Source: Rhizophagus irregularis (lineage: Eukaryota). From it: DNA of 64,000 bases. The notes beneath the pieces were generated by a model, which was given only the letters and a program-made list of their open reading frames with translations, did not search any database and had not been told where the DNA came from. The number at the start of each line of letters is the position of its first letter. The first letter of the stretch is position 1. The translations under genes and the position numbers were made by a program. Positions 1 to 12,371 of the stretch are shown here, in pieces. The DNA lies in contig NC_089431.1 of assembly GCF_026210795.1 (NCBI RefSeq), positions 1,922,001 to 1,986,000 on the forward strand. Reading direction: 5' to 3'.

Positions 1-2399
1 TTCATAGTTGATTTTCTATTCAAATCTGTCCAATCATTTGCTAAATTGATTAATAAAAGAAAAATCCAATATGTAAGTCTAATATGTTTAAATAATTAGG
101 TATCTTGCTATTTTTATTATTTTCATTTTTCAAAAGTGATGCTAATTCATGATTTACAATCGTCAACTATAGTGACGATAACTTTGGCTCTATATTCCTA
201 GCGATAAATACAATCTGTTTTGTGATAATACGCGCACAACATTTTGATTTTCTATTTAATTACCTGTAAATTTATATTTCGAGAATACATCTGTCTCAAA
301 GGGATTCTTAGAATGAAACCTAATTGCCTCTGAAGTTCGTTCATTATCTGGCCAAAAATCTATATGAAGGAAACGATATCTTACATATTTAAGTAACGTT
401 CTTATCGAGGAAGAATAGAAATGTTCTTTGATTCAACAGGTGTGACTTATTTACTTCTGAGTGATATCTGCACAAACTGCAAGGGGTATCGTCCTCTGTG
501 GTTTGGGGTATCGTTCCTCAGCGCAGTCAGTGATAGCAAGTGACTAGGTCATTGGTCATGTGTCATTTGGGTCATTTCAAGGTTAATTTGAAAATTAAAT
601 CATAATTTTGCCGAAATTATTTACACAAAATTTTCGTTAGATGAAATTTGTCACGTGACATTATAAATTTATTAAGTTTAAATGACTCATTTGCCATCAC
701 TGTTAAATAAATAAAGTGAGCGCTGTATATAAGACCATATGAAGTATAATGGATGCACCACCTTCTCAATTGATATTTACTGACTGCCTTTTATTTCTGA
801 TTTTAGAACGTCCGTGGAATAATATAATATGTAAATATTATATAAATACGCAACAATTTATAACTTATTAGCTACCAAATAATTTTTTAAATAAAGAATT
901 TAGCTAATTTAAATAATATTTACATTTTATTGGATAGGGATATCGGTCTTTGACCGATATTTTTTACCTATCCGATAATTATAAATATGAAATAGTTATT
1001 GTTACGTGATAGGTACTGTAATGTGAAATGCTCGAATATGAACAAAATAGTTCCGGATACCAATAATTTGCGCACATAATATTTGTTTTGCTTTTTCTCT
1101 TCCAATTCACCTCATTTAATAAACCATTTTATAGTAAAAAATATATGTACATGGATGATAAGATGTTGAAGTGGGCGACAAGAATGCTTCGATTTGTATT
1201 GAAGATCAAGTTCTTCAATTAAAGTATGCAATAAGAATTTTATTTGAAATTTAATATATAATATACTGTAGAATTTCAGAAATAAAGTCCGGTATATAAG
1301 AGAATATATAAATATCAGTAATTTTGATAAACAAGATACTTTAAAATTTTGATTGGGATTGTTAGTATTATTTTTAAATTATTTCCGATACATTAATACA
1401 ACATAATATTGTCCACAAACGATGTAAGTAATATAATAATCTTTAATGTTCACTGGAAGATTGGAAGCAAATGTTATTTCCAATTCCAACAAGATAATTG
1501 AAAATTCCTAATGCACATATTGTAGTTATAAATAAATGTATATGTAAAATAATACGTGCTGAAAAATATTGAATAAAAAGTATTTTAATGTACACATCTG
1601 CTGGTTGGGTGGGTGAATACAATTTTTCGATGGTATTTATATGACATATGAATTCATTATTAAATAAAGTCACACTACGTTAAAAAAATAAAATAAGAAT
1701 TCAATGAAAGTTTCCATAGATCAAACTTTCAAAACTGAGCAAAACTATAATTATGAAATCTGAAACCTCTGAAATCCTGTACCTAAAAGCGCAGTTTGTT
1801 TAAATATCAAACTGATTTTTGCAGATATCGGAAATATCATATTCTTCCAAAGTAAGTTTTCCCCCATAAATATATCTAAGATAAAAAACGTACGTATGAA
1901 TAATTTTAATCGCTCGGTTTACGGTATTTATCTTTTAATTTAATTTTTTCTTATTGACAAGCTGCAACAACGTACTGTACATTGGTAAAAGATAAATTTT
2001 GGCGATAATCTTATGAGGATGAAATTATTAACCACCGTTGCTGATGAAATAGTTGATGCTATATTACAAATAGATAAATCATTTTAGCAATTTAATTTTA
2101 TTTTATGAAATTAATGAAGCACGTATTTACGTGATTCAGGCATTAAGTGTATCAGGTGATAATTGAAGATCCAGATGCTAAATTAGTAAACAATAAAAAA
2201 AACTATTGATAATTATTAAAATTCAAATTCTAAAATATGTGTTAGCTAAAAAAGAAATGACATTGAAAATTTTTAATATTTTAATAATTTTGAGAATGGG
2301 AAATTCAAATGTGATTTATTTCAATTACTCTTTCATTAAATAATATATTAATTTAATAATTATTTTTCATAAACATCTGAGAAGAAATTAACGTGTTAA

Positions 2400-2482
2400 G
2401 ACGGCATGGCCGAGCGGTTAAGGCGTTAGACTTGAAATCTAATTCCCTTTGGGGAGCGTAGGTTCAAATCCTGCTGCCGTCG
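2400..2482 (+). tRNA. tRNA-Ser (anticodon TGA)
   Basis: Acceptor stem GACGGCA/TGCCGTC with G discriminator, D-arm TGGCCGAGCGGTTAAGG, anticodon arm TTAGA-CTTGAAA-TCTAA, long variable arm, T-arm GGTTCAAATCC, and a downstream poly-T Pol III terminator. Confidence 0.96.
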
Positions 2483-3196
2483 AAGTATTTTTTTTCATTC
2501 ATGGATAGTATGATAATTTTATAAAATTATATCCGATCTATAGATTAAATGATAGTTAGAGGGTATTGTAGCATCAAAATTGTAATCAAGATATATTATT
2601 ATAAATTTATATAATAAATAACATGCGAACAATTATATTTTGTTTTAGTATGAAATAGATATAACAATAAACTTTTCAACTATCGACGTGATGATGAGGA
2701 TGATGAGTTCGTTATTGATCAAAGTCAACAATCAAAACAATTGCAGTCACATTAATTTTGCAATTACCTTCTATATTTGGCTAAATTTAAAATTTGGTAT
2801 AATGATATTCGGTTATTATGTTAATTATATGACTAATCTGTTCATGAATTGTTGAATTTCTAAAAAGAATACGAAAAACACAATAACGAATCAAGCAACA
2901 CGTGATTTCTATCAAATATCGAAAATATGAATATCGTCTAACTGCTAATGAATTTTTCACCATTTCGATTTTGACTAAAATTACAAATCATAAAAATATC
3001 ATATTCTTTGAACATACCCTGAAAAATAATTATGTATTGTATCTTGGTATATAAAACCTAACATTAAATATATTATTAAAACACTTTTTTCACTTATATA
3101 TTAGTACAGTACATTAAAGTTACATAACAGCATTGAATTTCTATAAAAGGCCTCGTTATGATTTGGTAAATTACCAAAATTAGAACTTTATTTACT

Positions 3197-6100
3197 TTAT
3201 TTGGTATTAACATGATAAGTATTCGAATTTTTAATAAAACTATTTAATAATTCTTGCATATCTTTTATTTGTTGTTTAAATTCATCTCTCATTTGTTGCT
3301 TAAGTTCTTCAAATGATTTATTTTCATTAATTGGTTCTGGAATTTTTAATAAATTTCTTAATCGATTACTAATAAATGGAGGTGAATTAAATTCAGTTCG
3401 ATTATTATCAATTGCATTAATTAATTTATAAACCTTATTAACAGGTATATCATAATGACTAAAAATAATTAAATAAGATATAATTAGAAAAATTAGAGAT
3501 ATTAAACGTTTAAAATAAATATACTGTACTTACATCCAATCTGGAAACCATTTTTTATTACATCTTTGATAAGGCAACATGTAAAATAATTCAATTTCCA
3601 TAATAATCTTTTTTAAAAATTATAATAAAGTCAGATATATATTAAAATAAAAATATTTAATATTTATTTATTACCTTTGCCTTTTGAAGTAAAAATTCTT
3701 CATTCTTATCATAATTTTCGATCGCCACATTAAGCAATCCAATAAACAAATTCATAAGGTAAATTACCGTAAAAAATGTAAATAAGACTAAAAAAAATGC
3801 CATCGAAGGAGGAGTTTGATGAGAAGTCCATGGTGATAAAGAATCAGAGTTACCTATATATATATATATATATTTAAATTAATAATTAATTTTTGATTAA
3901 AAGTAATTATATAATTATATAAATTATTACCTATAAGAAGTAAATACATAGCTAAAAGTGAAGTTGGAAATAAACTAAACATATTTGTATTTGAATTAGG
4001 AGATTGAATTAATGTAGTTCCATCCGGATTAATAGAATTATCGTCATCATTTTTATTTGGTTTTAAAAGAATGAAAAATGCATGAGCAAATCCAGATATA
4101 ATAAGAAATAAGACTATTAAAAATGGAAAGACCTTTTTAGCAACCCCAATCATTAAAACAAAATAAATTCCAAATGATTCAAATACTCGAAAAAATAATA
4201 AAAATTTAATATTTAGTAATAAATTAGAAAATGCTATAATCCAAAGTGGTGGTTTTCCATAGATAAGCCAATATATTGATGTTATAATAGATAAAAAATA
4301 CGCCCCTACATCTATTAATAATAAAAAGATTAAATATAATAATGTACCGTATATATATACAAAATATTTGTATATCAATAACTTACCAAATAAGTTCCAT
4401 AAATCAGTAAAATAAAATTTTGGATTCCATAAACATTGTCTAATCTCAAAAGTTAAATGTATAAAACCAAGTAAAATTGAAATTATAAAAAGTATATTAT
4501 TATTATCTTGTTCTAATGTAGAAGCTAATGCAAAACAAAGAAAAAAAATAGTATAAATTAACCAAATTAAATAATAAATTTTTTCAAAAATTTTCCATTT
4601 AAAATCTATAATAGCAGCAAAATTCCACCATTTATAAAAATTATTGGTATCTATATTATAAAAAAGAATAGGTTTTGGTTTATATAAAATTTCATTCCAA
4701 TTATTATAATTATTATCTTGATATTTACAAATTTGAGGAAAAGGAATAATAAAACTAATAATTTCTTCCTTAATTTTTAAATGATGAGTTAAACTTTTAT
4801 AAAATGATATTAACCTTTTAATATAACTATTATTTGATGGAATGGATTTTTCAATAGAAATATTATTTGAATATGCATGAAGGGAAGTATTTGTTGAATT
4901 TTTGATAGATAAACAAATAGGAATAGATGTATATATAATATATTTTGTTACTAAATGAGAATAATGATCACATAATTTAGGTAAATATAAACTAATAAGT
5001 GCCATGTAACTGTAATCTGCTGAATTCTTTTTAATTAATTCAATAATTTTATCAAAGATTAATTGAATAATATGAATAATAAAATCGTTTTTTTCATTAA
5101 TTACTACTTTTAATATTTCTGATCCAAATTTTAAAAATTCAATTGGATCATTTATAATATATAAAATTAATGCCTTATATTCTTCATCTTTATCTTTTCT
5201 ATTTTCAATCATTCTAAATATATTAATAAAATTTGGTGATGGTAATGAAGTTTGTAAATCATTAAATTCATCATTTAACATTTTTTGATAATCACGTGAA
5301 CTCCAATATTTATTATTCCAAAATATCGAAGTTTTAATGAATCTTCAACTGTATAAATAAAGATTCCTTGTTTAGTAATTAATGCCAAATCCTGATTATT
5401 CAATAATCTATATGAATATATGTCATCATATTTAAAATAAATTAAAGAATAATTATTCTGATTTTTTTCCAATTTATCATTATTTTGAGAATTTTTAATT
5501 CCAATAAGTTTAACTAAATTAGAAGTTTTTCTTTCAATAATAAATTGAAATAGTTCCCCACCTAATTGAACCATATGATTTTCTGGAAATTTATCATTAT
5601 TCTTATTATTATTGATATCTTTAAGCATATCTTGTATAGTTTTGAAAATTGGCAAAGTATAAATGTTATTATGATAGGTAATGTTTAACATTTGTTGAAA
5701 TATATTTTTATTCAATCCATCCGTAATCCAAATATTATTTTCAATAACAGAAATTTTTTTGTTTGATTTAGTTATAATAATATTTTGAGAGTTGCCAAAA
5801 CTATCACTAATATCAATCGCATCAGAAGTATGAAAAGGATCTAGAAATTTGTAAAAGTTTCATTATTGCAGTATGTCCTAATGATTAATCCTTCAGAATC
5901 ATCTTCTAAAGTTACAAATTCTATTGGAATGCCGTCTACGAATAAAAAAAAAAAGCAAATAAAATTATTATCAGATATTAAAATAATTACTAAAGTAATA
6001 CTAACCATATCTTGAAATCCACATTCCAGTTTTCATTGAAAATATTACAACTTCTGTACTAATATTTAATGCTAATAATGTTTGATTTTTATTTATTACT

Positions 6101-7000
6101 ATATTATTAACATTAAGTGAATCACCAAGTAAATATCGGTATTCCATATCAAAAGTCATAGTCAGTAAATTTCATTGAGTAAATCCATATTCATTAAAAA
6201 GAAATAACTTTGTTTGATACAAAAGACAACCAATATGATGTTCTTTTATGTTTTTAGGAATTTTTATATCATATATTTGAGGAATTGTATCTGTTGTTGG
6301 TCTATTATTAACAAAAGGGTACTTATAAATTTTGTAATTTATTGATATTTTATCTAATATTACTAGAATTAAATCTCCATTTGAAAGAAATCCAATCGAA
6401 ATTTCATCATTCGAAGAAACAAATAGTTTATCCGCATGCATAAGTTGAAGAAATTGAACTTTGTCAAAATCAATAAGACCTACACCTAAAATTAAATAAT
6501 TATTATAAAGTTGATTTTGTCCATAAAGCATATTTTTGTAATAATAAAAGATACTTACGAAATTTAAACCTATTTCCATAACATAATAATAAAAATTTTT
6601 GATATAGCGCAAATTTATAAACTTTGTGGGGTGGATTAAGGTTGAAATACAAGTCAAGTTTTTGTTGTCCATTTTCTTCGATATTAGCTAGCCATCCAAT
6701 AATTGCATTATATTCTTCACTATAAGTAACAACATAATTATTTTCTTTACTATGAGTATCAATATATTGAGAAATTATAATTTGCTCAATTCTTTTCCCG
6801 GATTTTTCCCCATAATTTGTATTTTTTTCAAGTCCAAGTACGTTCACATTCTTTAAACCATAAACAAGACTCGACATTATCATTTTAAATTTAATTTTTC
6901 TTGCATTTGTTGTTGTTGTTGATAATGTTGGTAACATATTGTTATTTATTCCCGTTATTAGTCCTTTTACTCCTTCCATTTCAACTACAGTGCTTTCCAT
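3197..7000 (-). pseudogene. TRP-like / ion-transport cation channel, multi-exon, disrupted
   Basis: Six-TM block with IDFKW, LLFFRVFESFGIYF, pore helix SLLAMYLLL, and S6/TRP-like exons (MNLFIGLLNVAI; IIMEIELFYMLPYQR..WFP). In-frame TGA at 6172-6174 (FTQ*NLLT) and frameshifts near 5280 and 5870. Confidence 0.8.
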
Positions 7001-9480
7001 TGTCACGTAAATAAAATTTTTATTCAATAAAATTTACGATAAAAAAAAGTTCTTTTTTATTGGAGTCATTTATAATACTTCGCATGATCACTCCGGGAAC
7101 GATATTTATAAAATTTGTGAAACATGATAACAATGAATAATATAACAATGCGTCGAAATCGTCAAATTTATATCGTCCTTTCATTTTGAGAACTTTCATG
7201 TTTAAATTAAATAAATACTTGTCAAAAAAATCCATTACCGATGGGATAAAGACACATATTAACGTAAGTGATTATACATTTTTTGATCAATGTAATCGAT
7301 GTATCTAAATTTTTATATATGTGCATACGATTTAGTCGTTTAGATCAAGGATTCAATACACTTTTTTTTTTATTTTAAACTAGGAAAGAAAACCAAAAAA
7401 GTGAACGTTTCATGATTTTTGGATCATTCAATCAGATTGCTTGTTGTTCAGTGAAGATTAACTTTGGATGCTTTTTTTAAAAAATTTTACTGCTTTAATA
7501 ATAATCACGGCGGGACGGATTCATCTCGGCGAATGCATATTCTAATTGCTTATAAACCTTGAGTTTGTAGTTAAGAAAGTTACTGAGTTACAAAATTAAC
7601 AAATTAAGTATCTTACAATAAAGAATTAGCAATAAATATATGCTTATTTAATACAAGCGCCAAATATTTCAAGTCATAATATGAGCCTCACTAATATGCT
7701 ATTAATGCTATTCATAGTTTATTAAATACAAATAGATTAAATAGATTCCATTCTGCTTTTACAAATTACATAAATACCGAATTTCTGCTACAGGGACTTT
7801 CTGTAGTATCAAAAATTCACTCCCTGGAGTCGTTAATTCATTATGAGAATATTATATTTATATCTTGGAACAAAAAACTTCAGGCAAAAATATTATTATT
7901 AATTATATTATAATTTATCGCACATTTTGTCATACAGTATCACGCGATTCTTGAATAATAGAATTGAGGACCTCATAATATACCATAATTATCACATTTT
8001 TTGGAAATGGCACATTACATAAACTGTTAGCAGATAATATTATTAGGAAATAACTTTGTACATATGTGAGATGATTTATTTAGCGTATTCAATAACATAT
8101 TTACGATCTGTTTCTAAAAACTTTTTAATTAGTAAATCTTTTCAACTTCTTTACATTTCTCTCTTCCCAAATTCCTGAAAAAAAAAATACTCACGTGATC
8201 AACAAATATAGCCACTTAATATTAATCTTTAGATATGCTTCATGCTAAATCAAACATGAGACACAATCAATTATCAAATCACTACTTCGCACCCTTGTTG
8301 CTTATTTATGATATGATTCCAAACTTTTAATTTCGTATATTAAAGACCAAATTAACGATTTATCTCGAGTCACATGGAAACAGCGTAACGATAATTTCAA
8401 AGCCTGGTAAGGATTACAAACGATCCAAAATACATTATAAAAGAAATTTCGAGCATTTACCTACACACGATCTCACGAAGAGATCATATTAACATTTTTG
8501 TTCCGCCTTATCATAAACACAACCCCCGTATTGATCCGTCTGGCATCAAATTTTTTACATTCAGGATCATGGTCTTCACATAGAGATGAACTTTTATTTG
8601 AACAAATAGATTTATTTGATATATTTCGGTTTGATTCTATTTTTTAAATTGTATAATAATCATTTAGTTACGTAATTAGTTTTTTTTATTTCTCTTTTTT
8701 TTTCTTTTTTTTGGTGCAGACACTTGGGTACTGGCGTACCTTCCTGTCGTTTTTTTTCCTTTTTTTTTTACCACTAGAGTGAAGTTGTCTCTTAGGCGAC
8801 TTGTTTTACAGTTTATTTTTGTACTACTTTTGATTCTATTATACAGTTTCTTTGTAATCTTTACTGGAACTTTTTTTACTCTGAGAAATAAAAATAAAAA
8901 ATAAAACATTAGATATGCTTCAAAATAATTTTTAATAATTTAGATATTCATTGTATAAATGATAAAGAGAAAACAGCCACAAGGATTGTTTGAATATAAT
9001 GTTATGCCATTTGGATTGAATTTGAGTAACTAATTTATAAAAGAAAAACACAAAATTAATCCATAATTAATTGCTTTTTTCAATCAACTTTTTGTTTTGG
9101 ATTTAAAAAAAAATTTTTTTTTTTATTTGACCTTATAAACAAGTAATGTAGAACAAATAATTAAATTGGTTATACAAGACTAAAATATTTATTTTGGATG
9201 AATTTAGGATTATGAAAATTACATAAGGATGATCGTCCAATATGTGAAATTAGACTAAATGTGTTAATATCATTTTAAACAAAAATAACAAAAATACAAT
9301 TCAACCATATAAATGGAACAAAAGAATTACCTAATCATCAATTATCATAACAATCATCATAAATTACATCATTGCATATCGAAAAATTACAAATCACAAA
9401 TAAGTTAACAATCGATTATAAAGTCCTGTATATTTTTCAAATTTTTTTTTGATTTTTATACATAAAAAAGTTTGAAAAAG

Positions 9481-10621
9481 ATGAGAATAGAAAGGTGGAC
9501 TTTAGAAGTTCTAGTTAACGAAATACCTCTTCAGGAATATGTAATTTCTGATTCAGTACTTGGAGTAAATATAATTAATTAATTATTAGATTTCTCCCTT
9601 TTTTTATCATATTCACGATTGATTTTTTTTCCTTATATTAAATAGGCCAGTGCATCTAACGCATTGAAATCATATGTGGTCGAAGGAGATCGAAAGAAAT
9701 TTTGGTATAATATTCAAAAAATTATACTTGACTACAATGAATCATTAACTTTTTTATTTATTTATTTATTTTAGCGACTCGGCTACTTTTGTTGCAGTTC
9801 CAGCACCTGGAACACATTATAGCATAGTAGTTTCTCCGAGCACAAGTGAAATCGCACCCAAAATTTATGTAGATGGTATAAATGACGGCTATTATGTAAA
9901 CAGTAGTACTTCGTCATATGGCATCGTTAAGGGTTTTTATAATGGAAATAAAACAATGAGATATGATTTTATTTTCGATAAAACAGAATGGATTGAAACG
10001 GATATTCCACAAAGAACTAAATATGGTGGACTTGGTGCAATATCTGTTTATTTCTATAAAATTATAAATAAGTATAAATCATCAAGAAATTATAATTCAG
10101 AAAAAGCATTTGAAAAGGTAAAGATTCCGGAAACGAAGAAATGTTTTGACGTGGGTCTTACCACAAAATTTTCCGAAGGCATAGAATATTATGGTTATGG
10201 TTCAATAAATTCGATAATAAGAGAAAATGAACCATTAGCTGTACTTCACATTAATTATCGTTTAGCTGATTGGCTTATTCCGATGGCTACTAATACGAGT
10301 TATACGGCCTCTGCTGTTTACCGAACAAATACACAAAATTCCTGTGCTTCTGCTTCTACATCTACCTCATCTACATCTACCCCATCTACATCTACCCCAT
10401 CTACATCTACTACTGCTACTTCGTCTGCTCCTGCGTCTACCTCTTCTTCTGCTGCTACTAATATAGACATTAAAAATGAAGTTAATAATTTTGAAAACGA
10501 TACTGAAAATAAACCTTTAATTACTCAATCTGTCAAAAAGAGGAAACGAAGATACCAAGAAATGATCATAATATTGGATTCGGATGAGGAGTGCACACAT
10601 GAAGTGGTGGAGTTAGATTAA
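9481..10621 (+). CDS. Fungal hypothetical protein (DUF7918-like N-domain) with Ser/Thr linker, NLS and C-terminal SIM-like motifs; 3 exons
   Basis: ATG 9481 (MRIERWTLEVLVNEIPLQEY). Two GT-AG introns splice in frame into ORF 9956..10621. Motifs IYVDG, LGAISVYFY, PLAVLHINYR, KKRKRR, IIILDSDEE. Confidence 0.8.
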
Positions 10622-12371
10622 TATGACAAATGTTTTATTTTTTCAATAATATAGTTATCTAAATATTTAATGTTCTAGAGATAGTAATTTGTTCCTGTTG
10701 TATTAAAAAATGTTACGTGATACCCCTATAAATAGTAGCTAGCCTATATATATAAATGCACTTTATTAGCTAGCATTCAAAAATAAATGTATAATAAAAA
10801 AAAAAATTCATAAAATTCAAAACTCATTCCCATTTTCTTCAATTTTTCATATAACAGATTTTTATTAATTCTAGTGAACAAAAGACCGTTTCAGAATATG
10901 TACTGTAATTCAGTTCTTTGAAGTAAATACTGTATAATAAGATTGGCTTAATAAAATAAGCTAGAGTTGAGATCCGTGTATCCATGTATTCGTGGTATAT
11001 ACAGAGCGACAAGGATCTTGCTTTGGGAAGAACAAACAAGAGAAAGCAAGAGAAAGAGATTTTGATTGGGGAAAAAGATGCTACAAATCATACAATGAAT
11101 CCATAATTTGATAGATAAGTGCCATCACCAGCTGGCCCGATGGTTATGTCAGAATTACAAGATCATTTTGCTACCTAAATTCGAAATGTCACATATGGTG
11201 CTCAAGAATAAAAGAAAAATCCAATCAAGGACAGCATGCTAACCTAGTCACATTTCAGATTTTGAATGTTTCTTTTGTACAAGTTAAGAGAGTACAAGTA
11301 TTGCAAGGTCATCAAGTGCACCGAGGAGTACACTTCTAAGACGTATGGGCATTGCGAACAAATCAATGACAAACTGGGTGGAGATGGATCAGGATGTGAA
11401 CGGGCAAGAAACATCTTACTCAAATTGTTAACGGAGGGTCAGGTTTTGGCCTACTTTGGGACATAAACCTGTAGGGATGCGATATGAATGATGCAGATAA
11501 TGCATAAATAATATAATATCTATCTATAGGCTTTATAATTTATTTTTTATTATCAAGTAATTTATATAATACATAAAATTTTAAGGCATTTTGTTTAAAA
11601 CTGATCCTTGTTCATTGTCTTCCTATATACAATTATTAGAGTTCCGCCTGATCTAAAATTCAAAATCCATTATCCAAATCACTAAAAAGATAAAAGGAAT
11701 ATTAGTACGTTCCCAAAAAAAGAACCTCTTTTTCAACAGAGGCGGAAAAAATATTAAAAAAGACAAAGGTTTAAACCATTTTATAATAAAAAAATAGATT
11801 TTATATTTATTATTAATCATTTAGATATTAAAACAGATGAAAACTAAACCGAGAAAAGTAATTTAATTGTTTCTATTGTTTTTCAATTGTGAATGGCCAA
11901 AAAAAACTATCCGTGGATACTATTCGTTAGAATACACGGATAACTAAAAGGCATATCGGCGGATTTGCGTAATCATATTAATCATATTATAGAAATGATT
12001 TGTTCGGCTGACATGCACAAAGTGCACATGTGCACATTAGTGTTTAAATGTGCACAGTTGTACAACAAAAAATGTGCACAAATTATTACTAAAAATAGAT
12101 AAATTATATATAAAAAAAGCAACTTTACATAATGATTTGTTATGATTTCTTAATTTAGTAATAAATTTATCAACTTGTGCACATGACTTTTGGTTCAGAT
12201 CTTACACACTGCTGACATGTTGATTGCGCAAATCGTTTAAAAGGGAGTTCATGTTTTTGTATGACAAACATTTTTTCGAAGTTTAAATTAACTTGTTTGC
12301 ACACTAATTCTTCGACTGTTTTGTTGTTTTTTTTTTGTTGAATATAATTCCAAAGTATCAAATTTTATTGA

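Noticed and set aside
480..530. TTTGGGGTA motif as inverted partner of TACCCCAAAC at ~20030
   Set aside because: The match is only ~10 bp, with no TSD or extended similarity.
6172..6174. TGA recoded as Trp or Sec
   Set aside because: In-frame TGAs occur only in genes that also have frameshifts. Intact genes use TGG, and the tRNA with anticodon TGA reads UCA (Ser).
8676..8909. Lys-rich ORF
   Set aside because: It arises from poly-T runs in a segment absent from the duplicate copy and is probably a repeat fragment.
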